Source of the DNA: Alkanindiges illinoisensis DSM 15370
GTDB taxonomy: Bacteria; Pseudomonadota; Gammaproteobacteria; Pseudomonadales; Moraxellaceae
Direction of reading: 5' to 3'
Assembly (NCBI RefSeq): GCF_000619845.1
Contig: NZ_KK211037.1
Location: 180,001 to 212,000 of the forward strand
DNA length: 32,000 nt
Part shown: piece by piece, positions 1 to 8,502 of the stretch
Position numbering within the stretch: the first letter of the stretch is position 1
How the letters are laid out: every line of letters begins with the position of its first letter
Notes under the pieces: generated by a model
Databases searched by the model: none
Told to the model about the DNA's origin: nothing
Seen by the model: only the letters and a program-made list of their open reading frames with translations
Translations under genes and position numbers: made by a program

Positions 1-7
1 ATTTATT

Positions 8-325
8 GTGGCCTTAGGATTAACCCGGCAATTGCCATTGTGGTTTATGGTAATTCCGGTGCTGCTCAGTTGCCTGACCTATATGCTGTACGCTATGGAC
101 AAACAAGCTGCACAGCAGGGCAGACGCCGCATTCCTGAAAAAAACCTGCATGTGCTGGCACTATTGGGCGGATGGCCCGGTGCATTGCTGGCCCAACAAA
201 AACTTCGGCATAAATCGGCCAAAACCGAATTCCAGCAAGTATTTTGGGCAACTGTAGCGCTTAACTGGGTTTTGACCGGATTATTAACACTGCAAATAAT
301 TCAGCAGTTTTTTGCATTATTTTAA
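8..325 (+). CDS. DUF1294-family small membrane protein (possibly 5'-truncated by the window edge)
   Basis: ORF 8-325. The motif LHVLALLGGWPGALLAQQKLRHKSAKTEFQ matches my recollection of the DUF1294 signature, and hydrophobic segments flank it. The frame is open to position 2, so the true start may lie upstream. In-window start options are GTG 8 and ATG 47. Confidence 0.6.
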   Translation: MALGLTRQLPLWFMVIPVLLSCLTYMLYAMDKQAAQQGRRRIPEKNLHVLALLGGWPGALLAQQKLRHKSAKTEFQQVFWATVALNWVLTGLLTLQIIQQFFALF

Positions 326-371
326 AACCTTAGTTTAAATATCAAAGACGTATCACACGACCTTAATCCAA

Positions 372-402
372 CAAAGGCACCCTGAAATAAGGTGCTTTGT
401 TA
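372..402. terminator. Candidate bidirectional hairpin terminator between convergent genes
   Basis: caaaggcacc (372-381) pairs with ggtgctttg (391-399) with one bulge. It is followed by tttgtt and lies between the DUF1294 stop (325) and the P450 stop (438). Confidence 0.4.
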
Positions 403-437
403 TGGCTTGGCTAAAGTCTGATGACTAAGGCTCTGGC

Positions 438-1814
438 CTATGAGCTTGCCTTGAAGCGCAGGCGATAGGGACTAAGCGTACCGGGCAGCGGCAATTTGGG
501 GTTTAACCGTGACGACAGCAATTCCAGAGAAGAAGATTGCAGTAACTCGGCCAGCATGTTGCTGGTAAGCAGTAACACCAGATTGCGCGCCGGGCATATG
601 GCAGGCCCTTCACTAAACGGCAACAGCGGCCACTGTTTGGCAATAGCCGTGTTTTGCTGATTCAGCCACACTTCAGGTGCAAAGATATTGGCATAGGGCA
701 GGTATTCATCATCACGGTGCAGCAACGGGGTATAAATAATCAGGCCGGTTTTTGCAGGCATAATGCCATTTTCCCACACTGTATCGCTCATGCTTTGCCG
801 CAAGATAACCGGTGTAGTTGGCCAGAGGCGTAAGTTTTCCAGAATACAGGCACGCAAATAAGGCAGGTATTGCCGCGCCGAACCGGTATTGGCCTGTAGC
901 TCTGCCTGTGCTTGTGCAGCTTGCTGCGGATGTGAGGCCAGCAAGGCCAGTGCCCGGAACACCGTCATCCCAGCGGGGTCAAAGGCAAATAGCCAGTGCG
1001 CTACCTGATCCGCCGGTGCGGTGGCGGCATCCTGTGGCATGTTGGCGATTAGCGCAGCAAGGCTGGGTTCTGGCGCTGACCCTGATTGTGCAGCCAGTTG
1101 AATATAATGATTAATCCGGGTGTGCAGCTCTTGCTGTAATGCCTTGTTGCGTGGATACATAAAAGCCCAGTTGGCATGGCCGCGCAGTTTATTTACCAGA
1201 TGCGTCAGGTGCTCATCATCACGCGCTGCGCTGCCAAACACCACACGGCGTACAATACGGAACCAGCAACTGGCAAAACGTGTCCAGTCCAGTTGCTGTT
1301 TATAGCCCAGACTATCCAGTAACTGACTGGCTTCCTCATTAACTACCCTCATAAAATGATCTGCCAGCCGGTGTACCGGCAATGCAGTATCCAGTACGGC
1401 TTCATTAAAATGCCGGCGCTTGCTACGCTCAGGATCTTGCGAAATCAGTACCCCATCCGGCTGAAAATGCGCCAGTGCGGCATGTTTTTCTCGGCTATCA
1501 GTCGCAAAGGGCTGATGGGTTTCCTGCAACACGCGATGCACATGTTCCGGCATAAATACCAATGCATAGTTAATGCCTTTGGGCAGGCGCAGTAATAGCG
1601 GATCATTGCCATACTTGTTGCGCAGCTTTTGCATATAGCGTACCGCATGTTTATCAAGACCCAGACTTTCTGCAATGCCAACCATGGCAGGCCGTCGAAT
1701 AATCACCCCTTTGGCCCAGGTTGGCCCCAGTACCTGAGCAAAAACATTAATGCTTTCCAGTAAAGTGGCGTGCGGCAGGGTATTTGTAGTGGTCATTGCC
1801 TGAGCGTCGGCCAT
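438..1814 (-). CDS. Cytochrome P450 family protein
   Basis: P450 landmarks in the expected order: I-helix-like AGMT, ExxR (ENLR) followed by LWPTTP, and a C-terminal Cys-ligand loop FSEGPAICPA. The ORF track starts at 1844. The ATG at 1814 is preceded by AGGAG with a 6-nt spacer, so I prefer 1814. Confidence 0.7.
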   Translation of the reverse strand: MADAQAMTTTNTLPHATLLESINVFAQVLGPTWAKGVIIRRPAMVGIAESLGLDKHAVRYMQKLRNKYGNDPLLLRLPKGINYALVFMPEHVHRVLQETHQPFATDSREKHAALAHFQPDGVLISQDPERSKRRHFNEAVLDTALPVHRLADHFMRVVNEEASQLLDSLGYKQQLDWTRFASCWFRIVRRVVFGSAARDDEHLTHLVNKLRGHANWAFMYPRNKALQQELHTRINHYIQLAAQSGSAPEPSLAALIANMPQDAATAPADQVAHWLFAFDPAGMTVFRALALLASHPQQAAQAQAELQANTGSARQYLPYLRACILENLRLWPTTPVILRQSMSDTVWENGIMPAKTGLIIYTPLLHRDDEYLPYANIFAPEVWLNQQNTAIAKQWPLLPFSEGPAICPARNLVLLLTSNMLAELLQSSSLELLSSRLNPKLPLPGTLSPYRLRFKASS

Positions 1815-1939
1815 AGCATGCTCCTGTTGTTTTGGATATTGCATGCGCTCTACCTTAAAACAAAGGCCAGTTTAAAAGCGCGATAGGATAAGTTGGTTTT
1901 ATGCTAATGGATGTTACGGGCTAAATTTAATCTCTAAAA

Positions 1940-2269
1940 TTATGTTATTTCTTTAATGATTATTTCTTCTACACTATTGGATTTTGTCCAGACCTGAATC
2001 TGTAAAGTCTGGCCATGCCACGCATAAACAGCTCTACCAAAATCAAAATCGCCCATGTTCTGGAACGGGCCAATATCTTGAATAAGCTGATCAATGGATT
2101 TTGTTTTTAGCACTGACGATTTTAAAACATAGTTTCGAAGTACTTCATCACTGACAGTACAGCAATCTGATTGAGGGCTTGGTGCTGAAGGTGGAATAAA
2201 TTTACTCCAGATATTAAGTAATAGAATAGCAATAATGAATATTACAAAAATTGTCAGGTTACAGATCAT
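1940..2269 (-). CDS. Hypothetical N-terminally membrane-anchored protein in an AT-rich islet
   Basis: 109-aa ORF with one N-terminal hydrophobic helix (ICNLTIFVIFIIAILLLNIW), then a PPSAPSPQ linker and a soluble domain. It is visibly more AT-rich than its neighbours. I recognise no family. Confidence 0.4.
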   Translation of the reverse strand: MICNLTIFVIFIIAILLLNIWSKFIPPSAPSPQSDCCTVSDEVLRNYVLKSSVLKTKSIDQLIQDIGPFQNMGDFDFGRAVYAWHGQTLQIQVWTKSNSVEEIIIKEIT

Positions 2270-2400
2270 TGTTTTTATCTTAATAACTATTAATTAGAAA
2301 ATTAATGTAATTCAATCAATAGCATAGGCAGCCCTTAAGACTGCCTGTAGGTTTCAATACACTGACAACTAAAAATTGCCAGCCGCATGCTTTTTAATGG

Positions 2401-3132
2401 TTAAACGTGCTCTTCATCCAGCAGCAATTGCGCATCACGCAGGTTCAGGCTGCCTTCATAAATGGCTCGGCCAGTAATGGCACCCAGAATTCCTTTTTGG
2501 CCTTTCAGCAGGCGAATATCTTCAAGGTTGGTCACACCACCAGAAGCAATAATCGGCAAGCCACAGTAATCTGCCAGTTGCACGGTTTGCTCTACGTTAA
2601 CGCCCTGCATCATGCCATCACGCGCAATATCGGTATACACAATACTGGACACACCGGCATCGGCAAAGCGCTTGGCCAGATCAGTTGCCTTGATGTCCAG
2701 CACATTGGCCCAGCCATCGGTGGCCACCATGCCGTCTTTGGCATCAATACCCACAATAATATGCCCGGCAAATTCCTTGCAGGCCTGTTCCACAAACTCA
2801 GGCTCTTTGGCCGCCTTGGTGCCAATAATTACAAAGGAAACGCCCGCTTCCAGATAATGGCGAATGGTGTCCATCGAACGAATGCCACCACCAATTTGAA
2901 TGGGCAGTTCAGGGTGTGCGTCGGCAATGGCTTCCACCACATTTTTATGGATTGGCGTACCAGCAAATGCGCCATTCAGGTCCACCAGATGCAGGCGGCG
3001 TGCGCCTTCATTCACCCAGTGCGTTGCGGTAGCCACAGGATCATCTGAAAATACCGTATCATCTTCCATGCGGCCCTGTTTTAGACGCACGCACTTGCCG
3101 TCTTTTAAATCAATTGCTGGAATAATCAACAT
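2401..3132 (-). CDS. hisA: ProFAR isomerase HisA
   Basis: N-terminus [20 protein letters not shown] and an overall (beta/alpha)8 HisA pattern: GGGIRS and ASGG...L motifs. The 243-aa length is typical. Confidence 0.95.
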   Translation of the reverse strand: MLIIPAIDLKDGKCVRLKQGRMEDDTVFSDDPVATATHWVNEGARRLHLVDLNGAFAGTPIHKNVVEAIADAHPELPIQIGGGIRSMDTIRHYLEAGVSFVIIGTKAAKEPEFVEQACKEFAGHIIVGIDAKDGMVATDGWANVLDIKATDLAKRFADAGVSSIVYTDIARDGMMQGVNVEQTVQLADYCGLPIIASGGVTNLEDIRLLKGQKGILGAITGRAIYEGSLNLRDAQLLLDEEHV

Positions 3133-3240
3133 GGCTTTAGCAAACCTTTAGCACCAAGAGTAGCGGGCAATCATAGCAAAAAAATAATATAGCTTCGATG
3201 ATTGATTCTATGTAATCCAGTTTTTAATCAACGCCGTTAA

Positions 3241-3277
3241 AGCAAAAAGCTGCACTCAATAGCAATAGTGCAGCTTT
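3241..3277 (-). terminator. Rho-independent terminator after the DUF805 gene, separating it from hisA
   Basis: aaagctgcac (3246-3255) pairs perfectly with gtgcagcttt (3268-3277). On the minus strand the stem is followed by a T-run (complement of the A-run at 3244-3248). Confidence 0.6.
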
Positions 3278-3337
3278 CTATAGCGCAGGGTTTATGACTT
3301 CTGCATAAACTAAAACACAATGCAAACCATTAGTTTG

Positions 3338-3961
3338 TCACTGGGTCGTACTGCTGGCTGATGATGAAACCGGTGGGGCGTATGAAGCATTCTCCATAGG
3401 TTGCGAGTAACCAGATTCCTGAGCTGTCTTAGCACGTTCTACGTAGCTCTGGTAAGCTGGAATCGCAATAGCTGCCATAATACCCAGCAAGGTAATGGGC
3501 ACAAGAATAATGTAGATCCAGCCCAGCACTTTTTCCCATCCTTGAGTAATACGTGGTAAGCCATAATTGTTGGCACCCAATGTGCCTTTGCCAATTGAGA
3601 GGTAAAGCATAAAAAATAAGTTGATTAATGGAATAATAAGGAGCAAGGAAAGCCATCCAGTCTTATTCATATCGTGCAAGCGGCGAATGGTAAATATGAT
3701 ATTCAAGTAAAGCAGCGCAATATAAAGAATAACAAATATAATAATAGCAGTTGCTGGGAAGCCACCGAGTAAACCTGCTGTAGATTGCATAGGCTCACTT
3801 GGCGTAAATATGGCTGCGGTTATTCCAAAAACGACATAAAAAATAATGGTAATTATGAATAACCATGCAAAAAATGATAAACGCCCAAAACGACCATTTG
3901 CATTAAATACACTGTCAGTTCTGGGTATGGATAAATCAGTTAGATGAATATTATTGGACAT
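3338..3961 (-). CDS. DUF805-family inner-membrane protein with a C-terminal pilin-like hydrophobic helix
   Basis: DUF805-like features: GRFGRLSFFAW, IRRLHDMNKTGW, and the ending G.NNYG.P. About 70 extra C-terminal residues contain LLGIMAAIAIPAYQSYVERAKTAQ. The ATG at 3961 has GAGGA 5 nt upstream, so I prefer it over the track start at 3973. Confidence 0.75.
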   Translation of the reverse strand: MSNNIHLTDLSIPRTDSVFNANGRFGRLSFFAWLFIITIIFYVVFGITAAIFTPSEPMQSTAGLLGGFPATAIIIFVILYIALLYLNIIFTIRRLHDMNKTGWLSLLLIIPLINLFFMLYLSIGKGTLGANNYGLPRITQGWEKVLGWIYIILVPITLLGIMAAIAIPAYQSYVERAKTAQESGYSQPMENASYAPPVSSSASSTTQ

Positions 3962-4155
3962 ATATTTCCTCATTTTTTTAAATAAATTTATTGCAAGGTG
4001 ATGGTTTCAACAAGCTTAGCTAACATACTCTAATCTTGTTAAAACTACATGAATAGCTCAAGAAAACAGTCGAATAAACCAGACTAAAAATTTATATGGT
4101 TTTATCAGGCAAACACGCTATTTTGATTTAAAAATATAGCGATAAAAAAGAACAA

Positions 4156-4785
4156 CTAGATATTCCACTCCACAAAGTTCTTCAGCAGTTGTAATCCAAC
4201 CGTGTGGCTTTTTTCCGGATGAAACTGTACTGCAAACAAATTGTCTTGGCTTAAGGCGCAGGTAAATGGCTGGCCATAATCACAGGTTGCGGCTGCAATT
4301 TCAGGATTTTTAGGTTGCACATAAAAGCTGTGTACAAAATAAAACCGGCTGTCTTGCGCAATATCACGCCACATGGGGTGAGCAGGATCATGCTGATGTA
4401 CCTGATTCCAGCCCATGTGCGGTACTTTTAGGCCAGCCTGATCGGGGAAGCGCAGCACCTCACCCTCAAAAATACCCAGACAGTTCACACCGCCATTTTC
4501 CTGTGAATGTTGCATCAGGGCCTGCATGCCCACACAAATGGCCAGTACTGGCTTATTAAACACGGCCTGTTTTACCGCTTCATCCACGTGCACTGCCTGC
4601 ATGCCTGCCATACAGTCGCGCATGGCACCCACACCGGGAAACATGATCTTGTCAGCGCGTGCAATCACCTTGGGGTCATTGGTCACATCAACCGTAGCAC
4701 CCACAAACTCCAGTGCCTTGGCCGCCGAGTGCAGGTTGCCCATGCCATAATCCAGCAAGGCAATACGTGTTCTGGCTTGGCTCAT
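4156..4785 (-). CDS. hisH: Imidazole glycerol phosphate synthase, glutamine amidotransferase subunit HisH
   Basis: Class-I GATase pattern (DYGMGNL, PGVGA, catalytic C in ICVGMQ, FHPEKS). The gene directly abuts the hisB stop. Confidence 0.95.
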   Translation of the reverse strand: MSQARTRIALLDYGMGNLHSAAKALEFVGATVDVTNDPKVIARADKIMFPGVGAMRDCMAGMQAVHVDEAVKQAVFNKPVLAICVGMQALMQHSQENGGVNCLGIFEGEVLRFPDQAGLKVPHMGWNQVHQHDPAHPMWRDIAQDSRFYFVHSFYVQPKNPEIAAATCDYGQPFTCALSQDNLFAVQFHPEKSHTVGLQLLKNFVEWNI

Positions 4786-5385
4786 TTACAGGCTACCTTT
4801 GGTCGATGCAATCGTGCCTGCTGCACGCGGGTCCAGCTCGCAGGCCATGCGCAGCGCACGGGCAAAGGCCTTAAATATACTTTCAATCTGGTGGTGACTG
4901 TTTTTACCTTTCAAATTATCCAGATGCAGGGTCATCAGGGCATGGTTGACAAAGCCCTGAAAAAATTCAGAAAACAGGTCAACATCAAAAGTGCCAATGC
5001 GTGCGCGGGTAAATGGAATATCCATAAACAAACCGGGCCGCCCAGAAATATCGACCACCACACGCGACAGTGCTTCATCCAGCGGTGCATAAAAATGCCC
5101 GTAACGGCGAATGCCTTTTTTATCACCCAGCGCCTTGGCAAAGGCCTGACCCAGCGTAATACCGCAGTCTTCTACCGTGTGGTGATCATCGATTTCAAGA
5201 TCGCCCTTGCACTCAATATCAATGTCGAACAAGCCGTGGCGTTTGATTTGGTCAATCATGTGGTCTAGAAAAGGCACACCGGTATTGAGCACCCCTGCAC
5301 CAGTACCGTCCAGATTGACGCGTGCGCGGATTTGCGTTTCACTGGTATTGCGCACCACTTCACTGACACGTTCTGCCATCGACAA
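4786..5385 (-). CDS. hisB: Imidazoleglycerol-phosphate dehydratase HisB
   Basis: Typical IGPD motifs ([25 protein letters not shown]). 199 aa, the monofunctional form. Confidence 0.95.
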   Translation of the reverse strand: MSMAERVSEVVRNTSETQIRARVNLDGTGAGVLNTGVPFLDHMIDQIKRHGLFDIDIECKGDLEIDDHHTVEDCGITLGQAFAKALGDKKGIRRYGHFYAPLDEALSRVVVDISGRPGLFMDIPFTRARIGTFDVDLFSEFFQGFVNHALMTLHLDNLKGKNSHHQIESIFKAFARALRMACELDPRAAGTIASTKGSL

Positions 5386-5481
5386 AGCTCCTGAAAAACA
5401 TTAATTATAACGTATTCTCTGGCGGTAGGGTGAAGCCTTTGCTAGAGTTAATTCATTCAAAAAGACCAGTGGGAGGCTGCT

Positions 5482-5859
5482 ATGCCAATTACCGTTCACG
5501 CATATTCTGAGCTTAATGATGAAAACCTGCGCTCACAGCTTAGCCGGCTTTATGAAACCAGCCCTGAATTTGGTGATGGCGATGATGCCGTACAACAGCT
5601 GGAAACAGCCATGCAGCAGGGCAGCCTGATTTATACGGCTGAGTTTAACCAGAAAATTATTGGTGCCGTGTGGGTGAGTGGGCAGGATGATACCCGTCTG
5701 GTGCATTATGTGGTGGTGCATCCGTCCAACCGTGGCCGTGGCGTGGCCGAGCGCCTGATTGAAGGCGTGTGCGATACCGAGGAACAAAAAGGCGTCAAGC
5801 ACTTTAAGCCGGGCTGTGGCGCAATTCACCGCTGCCTGTCGCATCTGGGCAAGATTTAA
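5482..5859 (+). CDS. Small GNAT-fold protein, PanZ-like (acetyl-CoA-binding)
   Basis: Acetyl-CoA-binding motif RGRGVAERLI and a layout resembling E. coli PanZ (AEFNQKIIGAVWV). A GGGAGG Shine-Dalgarno (SD) ribosome-binding sequence lies upstream of the ATG. The competing antisense ORF 5533-5919 has no recognisable motif. Confidence 0.65.
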   Translation: MPITVHAYSELNDENLRSQLSRLYETSPEFGDGDDAVQQLETAMQQGSLIYTAEFNQKIIGAVWVSGQDDTRLVHYVVVHPSNRGRGVAERLIEGVCDTEEQKGVKHFKPGCGAIHRCLSHLGKI

Positions 5860-5919
5860 TCTGTAAAGCGGCGTTCTGTTTAAAAAAGAGGCATAAGAAT
5901 GCTTTTTAAGGAATAGCAC

Positions 5920-5948
5920 TTGACTTGACCCGCCTATTTCTATTTAAT
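5920..5948 (+). promoter_or_regulatory. Predicted sigma70 promoter for tRNA-Phe
   Basis: TTGACT (5920-5925), a 17-bp spacer, then TTTAAT (5943-5948). A GC-rich discriminator follows, and the tRNA 5' end is at 5960. Confidence 0.45.
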
Positions 5949-5959
5949 TCACACCCATC

Positions 5960-6035
5960 GGCGCGATAGCTCAGTCGGTAGAGCAACGGATTGAAAATCC
6001 GTGTGTCGGCGGTTCGATCCCGCCTCACGCCACCA
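5960..6035 (+). tRNA. tRNA-Phe (anticodon GAA)
   Basis: 76-nt cloverleaf with D arm GCTCAGTCGGTAGAGC, anticodon stem-loop acgga-TTGAAAA-tccgt, T arm ggcggTTCGATCccgcc and an encoded CCA. There is one C:A mismatch in the acceptor stem (5:68). Confidence 0.9.
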
Positions 6036-6071
6036 TATGCGTAAGACCTGCACTCACATGCAGGTAGAAAA

Positions 6072-6102
6072 CCCCTAAAGCTACAGGCTTTAGGGGTTTT
6101 TT
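6072..6102. terminator. Rho-independent terminator, bidirectional (tRNA-Phe and convergent envZ)
   Basis: cccctaaagc (6072-6081) pairs with gctttagggg (6087-6096). An A-run precedes it and a T-run follows (6097-6102). A second 7-bp hairpin lies at 6046-6065. Confidence 0.75.
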
Positions 6103-6147
6103 GTTATGCATTGCAAATAAACCAATAATTGGATTTTTTATAAGGCT

Positions 6148-7635
6148 TTAATCTTCACCGGTTAAGCGTTTTTTAATTTTGTGCAATGTGCTGACCTCAG
6201 CCTTGGGATCAACCGGCTGCTTGCGCACCAAAGGCAATCCTACGCTGACTTCAAGGCCACCATCAGGATGATTGCGCGCATTGACATAACCGCCATGCAG
6301 CTCGGCAATCCGCTTGACAATCGCCAGTCCTAAACCACTGCCTTGTGTGGTTCGGGCACTTTCACCGCGCACAAATGGCTGCATGAGGGATTCGATATCG
6401 TCTTCATCCACGCCGCTACCGCTATCACGCACAGTAATGATGATATAAGCCCCTAACAGGCTGGCAGACAGGTAAACAGGTTCTGCACCATAGCGCTTGG
6501 CATTATTGACCAGATTGCCAATCATGCGTTTAATCGACAGGCTGCGCAGGCAAATTTGTGGCAATAGCTGCGGTTGATAAATAATTTTCAGTGGCTTGAA
6601 CTGAACAATAATTTCCTGCATCAGGGCATTAATATCGGTAATCTGTTCTTTTTCATCCGAGCCATCGCGCATATAAGAAATAAACTGGCTCAGGATGGCA
6701 TCCATATCATCGACGTCATAAATTAACCCTTGCTGCAAGTCTTCATCCGGCAACAGCTCGGCAGTCAGGCGAATACGGGTGAGTGGGGTGCGCAAGTCGT
6801 GTGAAATCCCGGCCAGCATGATGGTGCGTTCCTGTGCGGCCTGTTGCAAGGTACTAATCATATGGTTAAAGGCCGAATTCACCTGTCGGATTTCAATGGG
6901 GCCGTGATTGGTTTCCAGATAAGGTGCCTTGCCGGTCTGGGTAAAATCGCGGGCGGCATTTTGCAGGCGGCGTAACGGGCGGTTAAGCTGGCGTACCAGG
7001 GTCAAAATAATAATTGAGCTAACAAGCGGAATACCTAGCAGCCAGCCCAGAATCAGCTCGGCACTATATTCGGCATAAAAATCCAGCGGTTCGCGTACCC
7101 AAGCCTTGCCCAGCGATGGATAATAAATCCAGATTTGTGGCGAAGGCTTAAATTCAAAATATACGGTCACAGGTTCATTAAGTTCCCGTGACAGTTCCTT
7201 TTCCAGCCGTCCGGTAAAAAACTCGGCAATCAGTTTTTCGCGTGGCGTGGGAAATTCACTGGGTTCGCGGATGATTTGCACACCTACCCGCTGTTCCAGC
7301 CAGTCATGCAGGTCAAAGGCAAACGGATCTTCATTCACTTGCAGTTCGGTTTGTTCCAGCAGGTCCAGCTCAATGGCCAGATAGCGCGCATGCTGGCGGA
7401 TTTCGGGCAGGTATAAGGTGCGCCAGAAAAAGGCCAGCGACATGAACAAACTAAAAAATACCACACCAGACACCAGTACCGTGGTTCGCATGGCGGTGGA
7501 GCGTGGCTTGATTTTATCCAGAAATAGTTCCCAGCGGGTGCGCGGGCGAGGCTGATAAGGCGCTTCCAGCTCAAATGCCGTTTTTTCGCTATTTTGATGA
7601 CGCTGGTTAGTAGTTTTCTGAGCGTATTGTGGCAA
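6148..7635 (-). CDS. envZ: Osmolarity-type sensor histidine kinase EnvZ
   Basis: H-box SHDLRTPLTRIR, an N box (NAKRY), a G2 box GSGLGLAIV, two TM segments and a HAMP-like region. It lies downstream of ompR. The start is TTG at 7635, with AAGGA 9 nt upstream. There is no in-frame ATG upstream of the first TM helix. Confidence 0.85.
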   Translation of the reverse strand: MPQYAQKTTNQRHQNSEKTAFELEAPYQPRPRTRWELFLDKIKPRSTAMRTTVLVSGVVFFSLFMSLAFFWRTLYLPEIRQHARYLAIELDLLEQTELQVNEDPFAFDLHDWLEQRVGVQIIREPSEFPTPREKLIAEFFTGRLEKELSRELNEPVTVYFEFKPSPQIWIYYPSLGKAWVREPLDFYAEYSAELILGWLLGIPLVSSIIILTLVRQLNRPLRRLQNAARDFTQTGKAPYLETNHGPIEIRQVNSAFNHMISTLQQAAQERTIMLAGISHDLRTPLTRIRLTAELLPDEDLQQGLIYDVDDMDAILSQFISYMRDGSDEKEQITDINALMQEIIVQFKPLKIIYQPQLLPQICLRSLSIKRMIGNLVNNAKRYGAEPVYLSASLLGAYIIITVRDSGSGVDEDDIESLMQPFVRGESARTTQGSGLGLAIVKRIAELHGGYVNARNHPDGGLEVSVGLPLVRKQPVDPKAEVSTLHKIKKRLTGED

Positions 7636-7659
7636 GATTTGCCATCCTTTTTATAAATT

Positions 7660-7717
7660 TCCGGATTGAAGCATTAGGATTCAATCCGGAGTATTGCCCG
7701 GACTTTTAATACTCCGG
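7660..7717 (-). promoter_or_regulatory. Two overlapping perfect hairpins in the ompR-envZ intercistronic spacer
   Basis: Hairpin 1: 7660-7670 pairs with 7680-7690 (11 bp, tccggattgaa/ttcaatccgga). Hairpin 2: 7686-7695 pairs with 7708-7717 (10 bp, ccggagtatt/aatactccgg). The arms share 7686-7690, so the two full stems cannot form together. Confidence 0.45.
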
Positions 7718-7740
7718 CTAAAACAGGTGATGCGTCTGGC

Positions 7741-8502
7741 TTATTCTGCACCATCCGGCACAAACACGTAGCCTACACCCCAGACAGTCTGGATATAACG
7801 GGCACGCGCCGGATTTTCTTCAATCAGGCGACGCAGGCGTGATACCTGAACATCAATAGAGCGCTCCATGGCGCCCCATTCACGACCACGCGCCAGATTC
7901 ATGAGTTTGTCACGGGTCAAGGGTTCACGCGGATGCTGTACCAGTGCTTTCAATACCGCAAATTCACCCGTGGTTAATGTGACGACCTGACCTTCGCGCG
8001 TGAGCGTGCGGGTAGACAAGTCCAGTGCCCACGGGCCAAAGCTCACCACTTCAACCTGCTGGCTGGGCGCGCCGGGAATTTCACGCACCTGACGGCGTAG
8101 CACTGCACGGATGCGTGCTAGTAATTCATTGGGGTTAAAGGGTTTGGGCAGGTAATCATCAGCACCGGCTTCAAGGCCTGCAATACGGTCACTGTCACTG
8201 CCACGGGCAGTCAGCATGATAATCGGTGTGTCGATATTGGTATTGCGCAGGCGTCGGCAAATGCTGATGCCATCTTCGACTGGCAACATGAAGTCCAGCA
8301 CAATCAGGGAAAATAATTCACGTTGCAACAGACGATCCATCTGCGTGCCGTCGTGTGCCGTTTTGACCACAAAGCCCTTGTCTTCCAGAAAACGCTGTAG
8401 CAGGGTACGCAAGCGGACATCATCATCAACGACCAGAATTCGTTCAACCCGGTCTGCTTCAGGGCGTAGGAGTTGCTCTTCTGCAGGCACAACGAGACTC
8501 AT
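7741..8502 (-). CDS. ompR: Response regulator OmpR (receiver + winged-helix DNA-binding domain)
   Basis: Receiver motifs (ILVVDDD, LDFMLP, the K in LPKPF) and an OmpR/PhoB C-terminus (TGEFAVLKAL, VWGVGYVF). AAGGAG SD upstream. Confidence 0.9.
   Translation of the reverse strand: MSLVVPAEEQLLRPEADRVERILVVDDDVRLRTLLQRFLEDKGFVVKTAHDGTQMDRLLQRELFSLIVLDFMLPVEDGISICRRLRNTNIDTPIIMLTARGSDSDRIAGLEAGADDYLPKPFNPNELLARIRAVLRRQVREIPGAPSQQVEVVSFGPWALDLSTRTLTREGQVVTLTTGEFAVLKALVQHPREPLTRDKLMNLARGREWGAMERSIDVQVSRLRRLIEENPARARYIQTVWGVGYVFVPDGAE

Noticed and set aside
818-1681. Several 60-100-aa ORFs on both strands inside the P450 gene.
   Set aside because: They are nested within or antisense to a CDS with ordered P450 motifs, and have no independent signals.
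2407-3048. 213-aa plus-strand ORF antisense to hisA, and the smaller ORFs nested in it.
   Set aside because: It is a shadow of hisA. The hisA frame has unambiguous family motifs.
4507-5268. 253-aa plus-strand ORF spanning the hisH/hisB junction.
   Set aside because: It is antisense to two strongly recognisable his genes. Its His/Cys/Gln-rich composition is typical of a shadow ORF, and it has no motif or SD.
5533-5919. 128-aa minus-strand ORF overlapping the GNAT/PanZ-like gene.
   Set aside because: The plus-strand frame carries the acetyl-CoA-binding motif RGRGVAERLI and a GGGAGG SD. The minus frame has neither.
5960-6147. tRNA-Phe as a possible genomic-island integration site.
   Set aside because: There is no integrase, and I found no repeat of the tRNA 3' end in the window. 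A terminator and core envZ-ompR follow immediately.
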